A DNA stretch of 64,000 bases from Squalus acanthias. Taxonomy: Eukaryota. The DNA is taken from positions 171,556,001 through 171,620,000 of the forward strand of contig CM059425.1 of NCBI GenBank assembly GCA_030390025.1, given 5' to 3'. The position numbers were made by a program, and so were the translations under genes. This document shows, piece after piece, positions 1-10,875 of the stretch (position 1 is the stretch's first letter; every line of letters begins with the position of its first letter). The notes below the pieces were generated by a model. It saw nothing but the letters and a program-made list of their open reading frames with translations, had not been told where the DNA came from and did not search any database.

Positions 1-416
1 CATAATAACTACATTAAAGAGAGATAGAACATGTCCAGGGAACTATAGACCAGTCAGCTTAACATCAATGGTAGGAAAAATAATGAATGCCTAATAAAGG
101 AAAAAAATAGAACATCTAGAAACCAAAAATATAATAATGAATAGTCAGCACGGATTTCAAAAGGGAAAGTCTTGCTTGACCAACTTCACTGAATTCTTTG
201 AAGAAGTAACAGAGAGAGAAGATGAGGGTAATGTAGTAGATGTAATTTATCTAGTTTCCAAAAGGCCTTCGATAAGGTACCACATAATAGACTAATGAAG
301 GAGGTCAGAAAATGCGGAGTCAGGGGACAAGTCGCAGAATGGATAGCTAGCTGGCTTCAAGACAGAAATGAGAAGTCGCACAACACCAGGTTATAGTCCA
401 ACAGATTTATTTAATT

Positions 417-454
417 TTACAAGCTTTCGGAGCTGTCGCTCCTTCCTCAGGTAA
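417..454 (-). ncRNA. Minimal type I hammerhead ribozyme motif in the inverted arm of the PLE
   Basis: Exact reverse complement of 3080-3117. Confidence 0.75.
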
Positions 455-787
455 GTTAGCAGTGAGAGAATCTCCCAGAATTCACAATTTAAACACAGAC
501 AAAATTTATTCAAATATTTCCCTACATCAAAGACACACTAAGAGCACAGCCAAGACAATGAGATGTGTCCCAGGGGGTCCAACGTGTCAAACCACCTGCT
601 GGCTGCATATCCTGTCAATTTGTGTTGGTTCTTGTCACGTTCTGTATCGTGACATGAACCCGATATCGCGATTGAGGCCATCCTCATGAGTGCGGAACAT
701 GGCTATCAGTTTCTGCTCTATGATTTTGCGCTGTCGTGTATCCCGAAGGCCGCCCTGGAGAACGCTTACCCGCAGATCCGAGGCTGA

Positions 788-2845
788 ATGCCCCTGGCTG
801 CTGAAGTGTTCCCCGACTGGGAGGGAACCCTCCTGCCTGGCGATTGTTGCGCGGTGTCCGTTCATACGTTGTCTCAGGAGCCTCCGGAGGGTCGCAACCC
901 TAAGCTTGACCTGTATGCTCAAGCTGTCAGGAAATGCATCAACGCCAGATTCATCAGCCGTACTCACAAGACAGTCCAGAATGTCACCCGAGCACAACGC
1001 AACGCCATCCACGCACTCAAGACCAACCGCAACATCGTCATCAAACCAGCGGACAAAGGAGGAGCCATCGTCATACAGAACAGAATGGACTATTGCAAAG
1101 AAGCATACCGACAACTGGACAACCAGGAACACTACAGACAGCTACCCGCAGATCCAACCAAAGAACACACCCGCCAACTCAATAGACTGATCAAGACCTT
1201 CGATCCAGACCTTCAAAACATCCTACGCGCTCTCATCCCACGTACTCCCCGCGTAGGAGACTTTTACTGCCTCCCAAAGATACACAAAGCCAACACACCC
1301 GGACGTCCTATCGTATCAGGCAACGGAACCCTGTGTGAGAACCTCTCTGGGTACGTCGAGGGCATTCTGAAACCCATCGTACAGGGAACCCCCAGCTTCT
1401 GTCGCGACACTACAGACTTCTTGCAGAAACTCAGCACCCATGGACCAGTTGAACCAGGAACACTCCTCGTCACGATGGACGTATCGGCACTCTACACCAA
1501 TATCCCCCACAATGACGGCATCGCTGCGACAGCCTCAGTACTCAACACCAACAACAGCCAATCTCCGGACGCCATCCTACAACTCATCCGCTTCATCCTT
1601 GACCACAATGTCTTCACCTTCGACAACCATTTTTTTACCCAAACACACGGAACAGCCATGGGGACCAAATTCGCACCCCAATACGCCAACATCTTCATGC
1701 ACAAGTTCGAGCAAGACTTCTTCGCTGCACAGGACCTCCAACAAACGCTGTACACCAGATACATCGATGACATCTTCTTCCTTTGGACCCACGGCGAAGG
1801 ATCACTGAAAGGACTACACGATAGCATCAACAGGTTCCATCCCACCATTAAACTCACCATGGACTACTCCTCAGAATCGGTTTCATTCTTGGACACACGA
1901 ATCTCCATCAAAGACGGACGCCTCAGCACTTCACTCTACCGCAAGCCCACGGACAACCTCACGATGCTCCACTTCTCCAGCTTCCACCCTAACCACGTTA
2001 AAGAAGCCATCCCCTATGGACAAGCCCTGCGAATACACAGGATCTGCTCAGACGAGGAGGAACGCGATGGACACCTACGGACACTGAAAGACGCCCTCGT
2101 AAGAACGGGATATGACGCTCGACTCGTCGATCGACAGTTCCGACGGGCCACAGCGAAAAACCGCATAGACCTCCTCAGAAGACGAACACGGGACACAACC
2201 AACAGAGTACCCTACGTCGTCCAGTACTTCCCCGGAGCGGAAAAACTACGCCATGTTCTTCGCAGCCTTCAACATGTCATCGATGACGACGAACACCTTG
2301 CTAAGGCCATCCCCACGCCTCCACTACTCGCCTTCAAGCAGCCGCCTAACCTCAAAAGTACCATCGTTCGCAGCAGATTACCCATCTTTCAGGAGAACAG
2401 CAACCAAGACACCACACAACCCTGCCACGGCAACCTCTGCAAGACATGCCAAATCATGGACACAGATACCATCATCACACGTGAGGACACTACCCACCAG
2501 GTACACGGTACATACTCATGTGACTCGGCCAACGTTGTCTACCTGATACGTTGCAGTAAAGGATGCTCCAGAGCATGGTACATCGGCGAGACCATGCAGA
2601 CACTGAGACAACGTATGAACGGACACCGCGCAACAATCGCCAGGCAGGAGGGTTCCCTCCCAGTCGGGGAACACTTCAGCAGCCAGGGGCATTCAGCCTC
2701 GGATCTGCGGGTAAGCGTTCTCCAGGGCGGCCTTCGGGATACACGACAGCGCAAAATCATAGAGCAGAAACTGATAGCCAAGTTCCGCACTCATGAGGAT
2801 GGCCTCAATCGCGATATCGGGTTCATGTCACGATACAGAACGTGA
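788..2845 (+). CDS. PLE reverse transcriptase / GIY-YIG endonuclease polyprotein, 685 aa; the first 30 aa come from the inverted arm
   Basis: Motifs IKPADKGG, YCLPKIHK, PGRPIVS, MDVSALYTNIP, QTHGTAMG, RYIDDIF, FLD, LYRKPT. Cys-rich linker PCHGNLCKTC. Endonuclease NVVYLIRC...YIGET...RMNGHR...GLN. No stops or frameshifts from 878 to 2845. Confidence 0.93.
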   Translation: MPLAAEVFPDWEGTLLPGDCCAVSVHTLSQEPPEGRNPKLDLYAQAVRKCINARFISRTHKTVQNVTRAQRNAIHALKTNRNIVIKPADKGGAIVIQNRMDYCKEAYRQLDNQEHYRQLPADPTKEHTRQLNRLIKTFDPDLQNILRALIPRTPRVGDFYCLPKIHKANTPGRPIVSGNGTLCENLSGYVEGILKPIVQGTPSFCRDTTDFLQKLSTHGPVEPGTLLVTMDVSALYTNIPHNDGIAATASVLNTNNSQSPDAILQLIRFILDHNVFTFDNHFFTQTHGTAMGTKFAPQYANIFMHKFEQDFFAAQDLQQTLYTRYIDDIFFLWTHGEGSLKGLHDSINRFHPTIKLTMDYSSESVSFLDTRISIKDGRLSTSLYRKPTDNLTMLHFSSFHPNHVKEAIPYGQALRIHRICSDEEERDGHLRTLKDALVRTGYDARLVDRQFRRATAKNRIDLLRRRTRDTTNRVPYVVQYFPGAEKLRHVLRSLQHVIDDDEHLAKAIPTPPLLAFKQPPNLKSTIVRSRLPIFQENSNQDTTQPCHGNLCKTCQIMDTDTIITREDTTHQVHGTYSCDSANVVYLIRCSKGCSRAWYIGETMQTLRQRMNGHRATIARQEGSLPVGEHFSSQGHSASDLRVSVLQGGLRDTRQRKIIEQKLIAKFRTHEDGLNRDIGFMSRYRT

Positions 2846-3079
2846 CTTGACATCATGGCCGGTCTTCCCAGGTGTTGTTTTTTTTAAAAAAGACTAGCAC
2901 AAGAACCAACACAAATTGACAGGATATGCAGCCAGCAGGTGGTTTGACACGTTGGACCCCCTGGGACACATCTCATTGTCTTGGCTGTGCTCTTAGTGTG
3001 TCTTTGATGTAGGGAAATATTTGAATAAATTTTGTCTGTGTTTAAATTGTGAATTCTGGGAGATTCTCTCACTGCTAAC

Positions 3080-3117
3080 TTACCTGAGGAAGGAGCGACA
3101 GCTCCGAAAGCTTGTAA
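3080..3117 (+). ncRNA. Minimal type I hammerhead ribozyme motif in the PLE pseudo-LTR
   Basis: TTAC-CTGAGGA-A-GGAGC(GACA)GCTCC-GAAA-GC-TT-GTAA. CUGANGA and GAAA cores, 5-bp stem II, stem I TTAC/GTAA, palindromic AGCT in place of stem III. Confidence 0.8.
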
Positions 3118-3490
3118 AATTAAATAAATCTGTTGGACTATAACCTGGTGTTGTGCGACTTCTCATTTTTGTCCACCCCAGTCCAACGCCGGCATCTCCA
3201 CATCATGACTTCAAGACAGAAGGCAGAGAGTAGGGGTAAAGGGTAGCTATTCAGAGTGGCAGAAGGTGGAAAGTGGGGTCCCACAAGGATCAATGCTGGG
3301 ACCAATGTTGTACACAATTTATATTAACGATTTAGACTTTGGAATCAAAAACACAATTTCTAACTTTGCGGATGGCACCAAATTGGAGCGATAATCAATA
3401 CTGAGGAGGACTGCAAGAAATTACAAGACATCATTAATAAACTTGCAGAATGGGCATATAATACGGCATATAATGGGCATATATATATAC

Positions 3491-3857
3491 GGGCAACACG
3501 GTGGCATAGTGGTTAGCACTGTGGCCTCACAGCGCCAGGGACCCAGGTTCGAATCCGGCCTCGGGTGACTGTCTGTGTGGAGTTTGCACATTCTCCCCGT
3601 GTCTGCGTGGGTTTCCTCCGGGTGCTCCGGTTTCCTCCCACAGTCCAAAGATGTGCGGGTTAGGTTGATTTGGCTATGATAAATTGACCCTTAGTGTTAG
3701 GGGGGATTAAATACGTGGGGTTACGGGGATAGGGTGGGATGTGTTAGGGGGGATTAAATACGTGCGGTTACGGGGATGGGGTGGAATATGTGTCGGTGCA
3801 GGCTCGATGGGCCGAAATGGCCTCTATCTGTACTGTGGGGATTCTGTGATTCTGTGA
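3491..3857 (+). mobile_element. tRNA-derived V-SINE (shark HE1-like)
   Basis: A box tggcatagtgg, B box ggttcgaatcc, V-domain ggagtttgcacattctccccgtgtctgcgtgggtttcctccgggtgctccggtttcctcccaca, CR1-type tail (attctgtg)2. Internal 47-bp tandem duplication at 3694-3787. Confidence 0.9.
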
Positions 3858-3979
3858 TAATTGGCAAATGAATTTCAACACAGATAAATGTGAGGTATTA
3901 CATTTTGGTAAGAAAAATAAGGAAGTCCCATATTACTTGGAAAATAGGAATCTAAATGGGGTAGAGGAGCAAAGGGATC

Positions 3980-4152
3980 GCCCCTTCTTCAGGTAAAGTT
4001 ACTGTGTAAAGTCCACAGTAACTTTACCTGAAGAAGGGGCAGGATAGCTCCGAAAGCTCGTAATTTTAAATAAAACTGTTGGACTATAACCTGGTGTTGT
4101 GCGACTTCTCATTTTTGTCCACCCCAGTCCAACGCCGGCATCTCCGCATCAT
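3980..4152 (+). mobile_element. Non-coding PLE family A mini-copy (inverted arm, pseudo-LTR end and 3' extension)
   Basis: Perfect 27-bp inverted repeat, 3980-4006 and 4014-4040. The 3' part is nearly identical to 3120-3206. Confidence 0.9.
4024..4063 (+). ncRNA. Minimal hammerhead ribozyme motif
   Basis: TTAC-CTGAAGA-A-GGGGC(AGGATA)GCTCC-GAAA-GC-TC-GTAA. Confidence 0.75.
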
Positions 4153-5499
4153 AAAAAAAGCAAACCAAGCACTAGGGTTTATTTCTAGAGGGATAGAATT
4201 GAAAAGTAGAGAAGTTATGATAAACTTGTATCGAACCTTGGTTAGACCACACTTGGAGTACTGCGTACAATTCTGGTCGCCATATTATAAAAAGGATATA
4301 GAGGCACTGGAGAGGGTGCAAAAAAGATTTACAAGGATGATACCAGAAATGTGAGGTTATACCCATCAGGAAAGGATAAACTGGCTGGGTCTCTTTTCTC
4401 TTGGAAAGAGAAGGCTGAGGGAGGAGTGACCTAATATAGGGCTTTAAAATTATGAAAGGTTTTGATAGAGTAGACACAGAGAGAGTGTTTCCACTTGTGG
4501 GGAAGAGCATAACTAGAGGCCATCAATATAAGATCGTCACCAAGAAATCCAATAGGGAATTCAGAAGGAACTTCTTTACCCAGAGAGTGGTGAGAATGTG
4601 AACTCACTACCACAGGGAGTGGTTGAAGCGAATAGTAGAGATGCATTTAAGGGGAGGTTAGACAAGCATATGAGGGAGAAGGGAATAGAGGGTTATGCTG
4701 ATAGAGTTAGAGGAGAAAAGATGGGAGGAGGCTCGAGTGGAGCACAAACGCCAGCATAGACTGGTTGGGCCGAATGGCCTGTTTCTGTGCTGTATATCCT
4801 ATATGCTAAAAGATCAAAGAAAATTCTGTTAAGTTTGCTATAAAATGGAAAAAGACATTAAACAAAAATACTCCCGATCGACTTCTCTTCCCCTGGAACT
4901 TTCCACATTAATTTTAGAGTTAATTGCATCACTGGTCAAAGTCATAAATGTCTGATTCCAAGACCCAAATAAACTTCATAATTCTCTCTTAATGTCCATT
5001 GATCTGAATGTATTAAGTTCATCTTCACATTTTCATATTGCACTTCCAGTGAATTAGCATCCACTTAATAAAATGCCACTTTTTTTTATGCTATGCACAT
5101 AATTCTCGCTGAAAGAATCCAAAGCCTAGCTCTCCAACAAGGCCAAGTTATTAAGCTAATTTCCTTTTTTCTTTACCATTACCACCTATATTAAGCACAG
5201 TAGGATACATCGTACAACAGATGCACTGGTGTTTGATGGTCTACTTATAGAATTCATGCCCTAGTGTCTATTCTAATGTTGAAGAGCAACAGAAGCACAT
5301 ATTGATTTATTTTACTCAGTAATTTGCTTACTCCTAAAGTGGTTTTGCCAGTGGCCAAGAGTCAATCCGTTCCATTAAGTTTCCAATAAGTTAGTGCCTC
5401 AGGTTGATAATGCACTGTAAATTTTAAGTGATACTTTGAAAAAAATTATTCAAGTGCATTTTTATATCTTAAAATTGAGCTTTATTGTATTTGAAGGAC

Positions 5500-7145
5500 T
5501 AAGAATTAGTAAGCCATACGGCACCTCAAGCCTGCTCTGCCATTCAATAAGATCATGGCTGATCTTTGACCTCAACTCCACTTTCCCGCCCGATCCCCAT
5601 ATCCCTCTGGAGTCGAAAAATCTATCTATCTTAGCCTTGAATATACTCAACGACTGAGCATCCACAGCACTTTGGGGCAGAAAATTCCAAAGATTCACAA
5701 CCCTCTGAGTGAAGAAATTCCTCCTCATCTCAGTCTTAAATGGCCGACCCCTTATCCTGAGACTATGCCCCCTAGTTCCAGACTCTCCAGCCAGGGGAAA
5801 CAACCTCTCAGCATTTATCCTGTCAATCCTCCTCAGAATCTTATGTTTCAATAAAATCACCTCTCATTCTTCTAAACTCCAGAGAGTATAGGCCCAATCT
5901 ACTCAATCTTTCCTCATAGGACAACCCTCTCATCCCAGGGATCAATCTAGTGAATCTTCGTTGCACCGCTTCTAAGGCAAGTATATCCTTCCTTAAATAA
6001 GGAGACCAAAACTGTGCACAGTACTCCAGGTGTGGTCTCGCCAGAGCCCTGAACAATTGTAGCAAGACTTCCTTATTCTTGTACTCCAACCCTCTAGCAA
6101 TAAAGGTCAACATGCTATTTACCTTCCTAATTGCTTGCTGTACCTGTATGCTAACTCTGTTTCTTGTACTAGGACACCTAAATCTCTCTGAAGACCAACA
6201 TTTAATAGTTTCTCACCATTTAAAAAATACTGTTTTTCTATTCTTCCTACTAAAGTGAATAACCTCACATTTCCCCACATTATATTCCATCTGCCACCTT
6301 ATTGCCCACTCACTTAACCTGTCTATATCCCTTTGTAGGCTCTTTGCGTCCTCCTCACATCTTACTTTTCCACCCAGCTTTGTATCGTCTAAACTTGGTT
6401 ACATTGCACTCGGTCCCTTCATCCAAGTCATCAATATAGATTGTAAATAGCTGAGGCCCAAGCACTGATCCTAGCGGCACTCCACTAGTTACAGCCTGCC
6501 AATCTGAAAATGACCCATTTATCCCTACTCTGTGTTTTCTGTCTGTTAACCAATTCTTTATCCATGCTAATACCTTACCCCCAACCCCATGTGCCCTTAT
6601 CTTGCTTAACTACCTTTCATGTGGCACCTTATCGAATGTCTTTTGGAAATCCAAATATACTACATCCACTGGTTCCCCTTTATCTACCCTGCAAGTTACA
6701 TCCTCAAAAAACCTCGAATAAATTTGTCAAACATGATTTACCTTTCATAAAACCATGTTGACTCTGCCTAATCAAATTATGATTTTCTAAGTACCCTGTT
6801 GCCACTTCCTTAATAATGGATTCCAGCATTTTCCAGATGGCTGATGTCAGGCTAACTGGCCTGTTGTTCCCCGATTTCTCTCTCCCTCCTTTCTTGAATA
6901 GCGGGGTTACAATTGATACCTTCCAATCCGCCGGGACCGTTCTAGAATCTAGGGAATTTTGGAAGATCACAACCAATGCAGCCACTTTCTCTGCTTTTAG
7001 AACCCTAGGATGTAGGTCATCAGGTCCAGGGGATTTGTCAGCTTTTAGTCCCATTAGTTTCTGAAGTAGTTTTTCTCTACTGATATTAATTACTTTAAGT
7101 TTCTTGCTCTCATTAGCCCCTTGGTTCCCCACTATATTTGGGATA
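5500..7145 (-). mobile_element. 5'-truncated, decayed CR1 LINE
   Basis: Minus-strand ORF fragments KSPGPDDLHPRVLK, QSQHGFMKGKSCLTNL, RPHLEYCAQFWSPYL, EMRRNFFTQRVVNLWN. Confidence 0.9.
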
Positions 7146-10100
7146 CAATCGAGTTAAGACTTCACTATTGCATACGGCAAGTAAATTGTCCAAAATAAAT
7201 ATAGATGATGGGAAGAGGAATAAATGTGAATGACTGCAGCTGCAGGTAAATTGGAAATTTATGCTGAGGATTTGCATAGAGAAAGAATAAATGCACTAGT
7301 ATGAATTTTCCATTAAAAAGCCATTTTTGCTGTAAGTGAACCAGATATGTCAATTCAAGTCAAATTGACTGGTTTAGTTTTCACTGACAAAGCTTGCAAC
7401 ATTTTTAAGCTAAAAATAAAGTGGATTTTATTTAATTCCATGAAATTACCAATATTATAGTCTTTAGATAACAAACTCGGTGTACAAGATCTAAACAAAG
7501 ATTAAAAGTAGTCATTTAGTTAGTTGAACATGGAGAGTTTTTACTTTGTTATTTGATTCCCAGTGACTACTGATGTACGCTATAACATGGTAGTTTCAGA
7601 TGCCAGCTCAAGTAGTTTAATGAAATGCATCACCTCACCTCACAGTCCTGGACCTTCCAGTGCATAGGGAAGCAGTAATGGCATGAATGGTCTTTTCTGG
7701 CAGTACAATATAATCAAACTAGTAATCACTTATTTGGCCAAGGCTTGTTGAGTTGTGCAGCTGATATTGCACCGTCTTTGAAATGAAATACTGCATCGCC
7801 CCATTTTCTGATTGCTTGCACATTTTAAGGAAAAAAGAAAACCTAAGCTAAATAGAGTGAGTGCAAAATGCACTTACGAATCACAAAAAAACAAGCTACA
7901 TTGTGCAAATTAGATAACACAAACATTATTAGCCAGAAATAAGAGAATGATGGCACATAATGAACCAATCAAAATTTAGGATTAAACCATGACTGCAATG
8001 TCTGCATTTCCAAGGTTTCACCTGAACTTCAGTTTTAGGTTTTGCAGACCACCCAACAGGTTAAGGCAACAGGATTGCCAATTAAGTTTTCTGGCACATA
8101 GGGATCATTGGCTACTTAACAGTATTGCTTACACATACATTTGGTCCTGATTCATACACTTGAGTTTTGTTTGGTCAGTGCTACATATAAATAAACACAG
8201 TGTCAACTCATCAAACCCCCAACACTGATCAAGATGTGAAAGATCTGGAACCATTAAGACACAACTGCCCTGCTTTGCACCATAAAACTAACACTTCAGC
8301 CCTGAGGGTAGCAGTTCAGCTGATATTAACTCTTTGATTTGTGGACGCATCTTTCAAGTGGTTTTAATTAAGAAGTGTCAGGTAGGAGTGACTTTGCATT
8401 TACATAAAATCAATCAGCTAATTTTCCCAATTGTAGCTACTAATGAAATTGGGTTAAACAAAGGTGGGTAATATAGATAAGTATTTTCCACAATCAGCAG
8501 GCAGATAAATACTTTTGATGCTCTGGGATAACTGCTGTAAATCCATTTTTTAATATATACAAGCACAGAATATTAAATGATCATTAACTAGGTACAAAAT
8601 CCTCAGTCTTAAATAAAATATCCAGTTCCTCAGATTTTTACTGGAGCAACAAATTAACTCACTAAAAACATACACTTTGGTAAGGATACTCAAACAGAGT
8701 TAGAGATTAGTAGTCTCAGTTTGTTGACCATCAGTGATACATTGATTTTTGTTGTTTTTTTAGACGCTAGCTGGAAGATTTCTTTCTGATATATGCTCTG
8801 CAGTACTCATGGTAATTCATATAGGTCTATTGAAATTGATAGATGACACATGACATGGTAAAAGGATGTTGCACTTCAGGGTGAGGAGGATAAGCTACTG
8901 TCGCTGCATACAGATGAGCTACTTCAGGTGAAACAGAGAAGGGAGCTATCCCAAATTAATGTTAAAAACTGCGCTCCTGGCATGTTAATTTTTGCATTAC
9001 GTTTCTACACAATGCAAGGTGAATGTGTCTGTTTAAATGAGAACTGATGGAAGCACGATATGCACTATAACAAACTGTGCTTTAAGTTAGGATCCATATA
9101 CTGCAGATTAACAATGTTTTTGCTAAATGTATGGGGATGAAGAAGCAAATAGCAGTGTTCACATGTAGTCTTCTCTGAACTTAAGTACACCGAAGAACTG
9201 TGAATTCGTACTTCTATTTCAATCTTTTTTTTTCTTTTAGATTTCCCAAACCTGCTGAAACTTATGAAGAGTGGTGTGGCTGAGGGAAGATATAAAGATA
9301 TTAAAATGGACAAAGGAGATTGTCCTAACTGCAGATAAAACTGAACATTATACAATACAGTCTCTCACATTTGTGTAAGCAATGAGTATGTATTGCAATA
9401 ACTCACTAATACAATGATGGAGCTTTCATTTCTGATGAATAGACCTGTAATAATCTGATCTCTGTCCATTTCAATCTTAGGGATCAATTTTTACTGCAAC
9501 CCCTAAACTGTTAATAAGTGAGCACATTACTGGGGTGAACAACTGGTTTCCATCTATTTTTTGTTGTTGCTACCTGCCTGAATATTTTCAAAATGCAAGC
9601 ACTGTTCAAATAACAGCTGGTTTGAGGGCTGCCATTGTAAAATACTATCCTGTGGGTTACAGTAGTAAATATTATATCTACAGTCAAACACTGAAGGCAT
9701 TTATTCAGGGGTTGTTTCCATCATTCCAGGGCTAATGTTTAAATATTCATAGCCTGAAATTTGTGGACAGTGCTCGTTTTATTACAACTGTTGGGCGTAT
9801 TTTACAACTGTAGCCTTTAACTGCAGTTGATATTCAGGAAGAAAACATAGGAAGAGAAATTTCCAGACAGTTTGCAATCTCTGATTTTTTTTGCTTACAT
9901 TAATGACCAAAGGAAAATACACCCCTAAGTTTCTGCTTTTTCATTCAATAAGCTACAATCTTGGATCCGACAGCATTGTCAATTGTCTTCAAGAAGGCAG
10001 TAGCAGTTACCTGCTTAATGTGAACTGAGTTGTTCAAAATGCAATTTCCAGAGTGTGACACAGTCAACTGATTTGAAAACCGGCAGGTAACAGCAAAAAC

Positions 10101-10475
10101 TGGTTTCTTTATCCCAATTTCAAGGGCTGCTCAGTACCATGATGTGCTGCAGAATCTGCATCCCTCCCACAGAACACTCCAACTCTAATCAACAGCAAAC
10201 AAAGTCAACCACCTGAGGCAAATGGGACTTCAAGACTTAAGCTCTGCACATGGGCAAAGTAGCTGCTTTCCTGTTTCCGCTACAATGCACTGCATCCATC
10301 AGCAGGGGAGGGGAGGGGAGGGGACTGGAGGTCTGTGGAAGTCTCTTTATGTTGAGTTATTTTATTACCCAAATTAAATCTCCTAAGGATTATGAAGGGA
10401 GAGAATGTTCACTTTTGAAAAGATTATCAGAACCTCAATTATTGCTATATCTCAATAGAAATACTCAGAAGTTAT

Positions 10476-10875
10476 AACACAGAAACAGGCCATTTGGCCC
10501 ATCTAGTCCATGTCGACATTTACCCTCCACGCAAGCAAATAGAACGAATCACATTTACTCAGCCTGTTCCCATATCCCTTCAGCCCCTTTTCCTCCTAGG
10601 TTCACGAGATTGATCTCTGAGATGAGAGGGTTGTCCTATGAGGAGAGATTGAGTAGATTGGGCCTATACTCTTTGGAGTTTAGAAGAATGAGAGGTGATC
10701 TCATTGAAACATAAAAGATTCTGAGGGGGATTGACAGGATAGATGCTGAGAGGTTGTTTACCCTGGCTGGAGAATCTAGAACTAGGGGGCATAGTCTCAG
10801 GATAAGGGGTCGGCCATTTAAGACTCAGATGAGGAGGAATTTCTTCACTCAGAGGGTTGTGAATCTTTGGAATTC
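10476..10875. mobile_element. Two abutting CR1 fragments: minus-strand 3' end (about 10476-10597) and plus-strand RT C-terminal piece (about 10598-10875)
   Basis: cacagaaacaggccatttggccc is the reverse-complemented CR1 tail. 10598-10875 reads RFTRLI...SYEERLSRLGLYSLEFRRMRGDLIE. Confidence 0.75.

Larger units (their letters stand above)
368..3208 (+). mobile_element. Penelope-like element, family A (probably Neptune clade), 5'-truncated with an inverted 5' arm
   Basis: RT plus GIY-YIG ORF. 13-bp TSD cttcaagacagaa at 355-367 and 3209-3221. 366-877 is the reverse complement of 2603-3168 except for a 54-bp gap. Confidence 0.95.
1..4805 (+). mobile_element. Decayed CR1 (HER1-like) LINE, RT region to 3' end, interrupted by two PLE insertions and a SINE
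   Basis: RT motifs can be read across the interruptions: SQHGFQKGKSCLTN near 142-185, FAD near 3365, LVRPHLEYCVQFWSP in ORF 4079-4354. CR1 3' tail ggccgaatggcctgtttctgtgctgtat near 4770-4800. Colinear with the copy at 59464-62252. Confidence 0.9.

Noticed and set aside
448..456. Perfect CAG|GTAAGT donor, equivalent to the U1-like ACTTACCTG at 3078-3086
   Set aside because: It overlaps the hammerhead stem I and core, and it is not kept in the other copies (tttacctg, ttcacctg). Probably incidental.
635..1132. 165-aa minus-strand ORF ending in GIY-YIG-like sequence
   Set aside because: It is a product of the inversion junction: antisense RT sequence fused to the inverted endonuclease end. Not an independent gene.
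2846..2900. The 54-bp gap as a spliced intron
   Set aside because: No register allowed by the AC microhomology gives GT...AG on either strand.
3491..3562. tRNA gene
   Set aside because: The A and B boxes belong to the head of a V-SINE and run straight into the V-domain.
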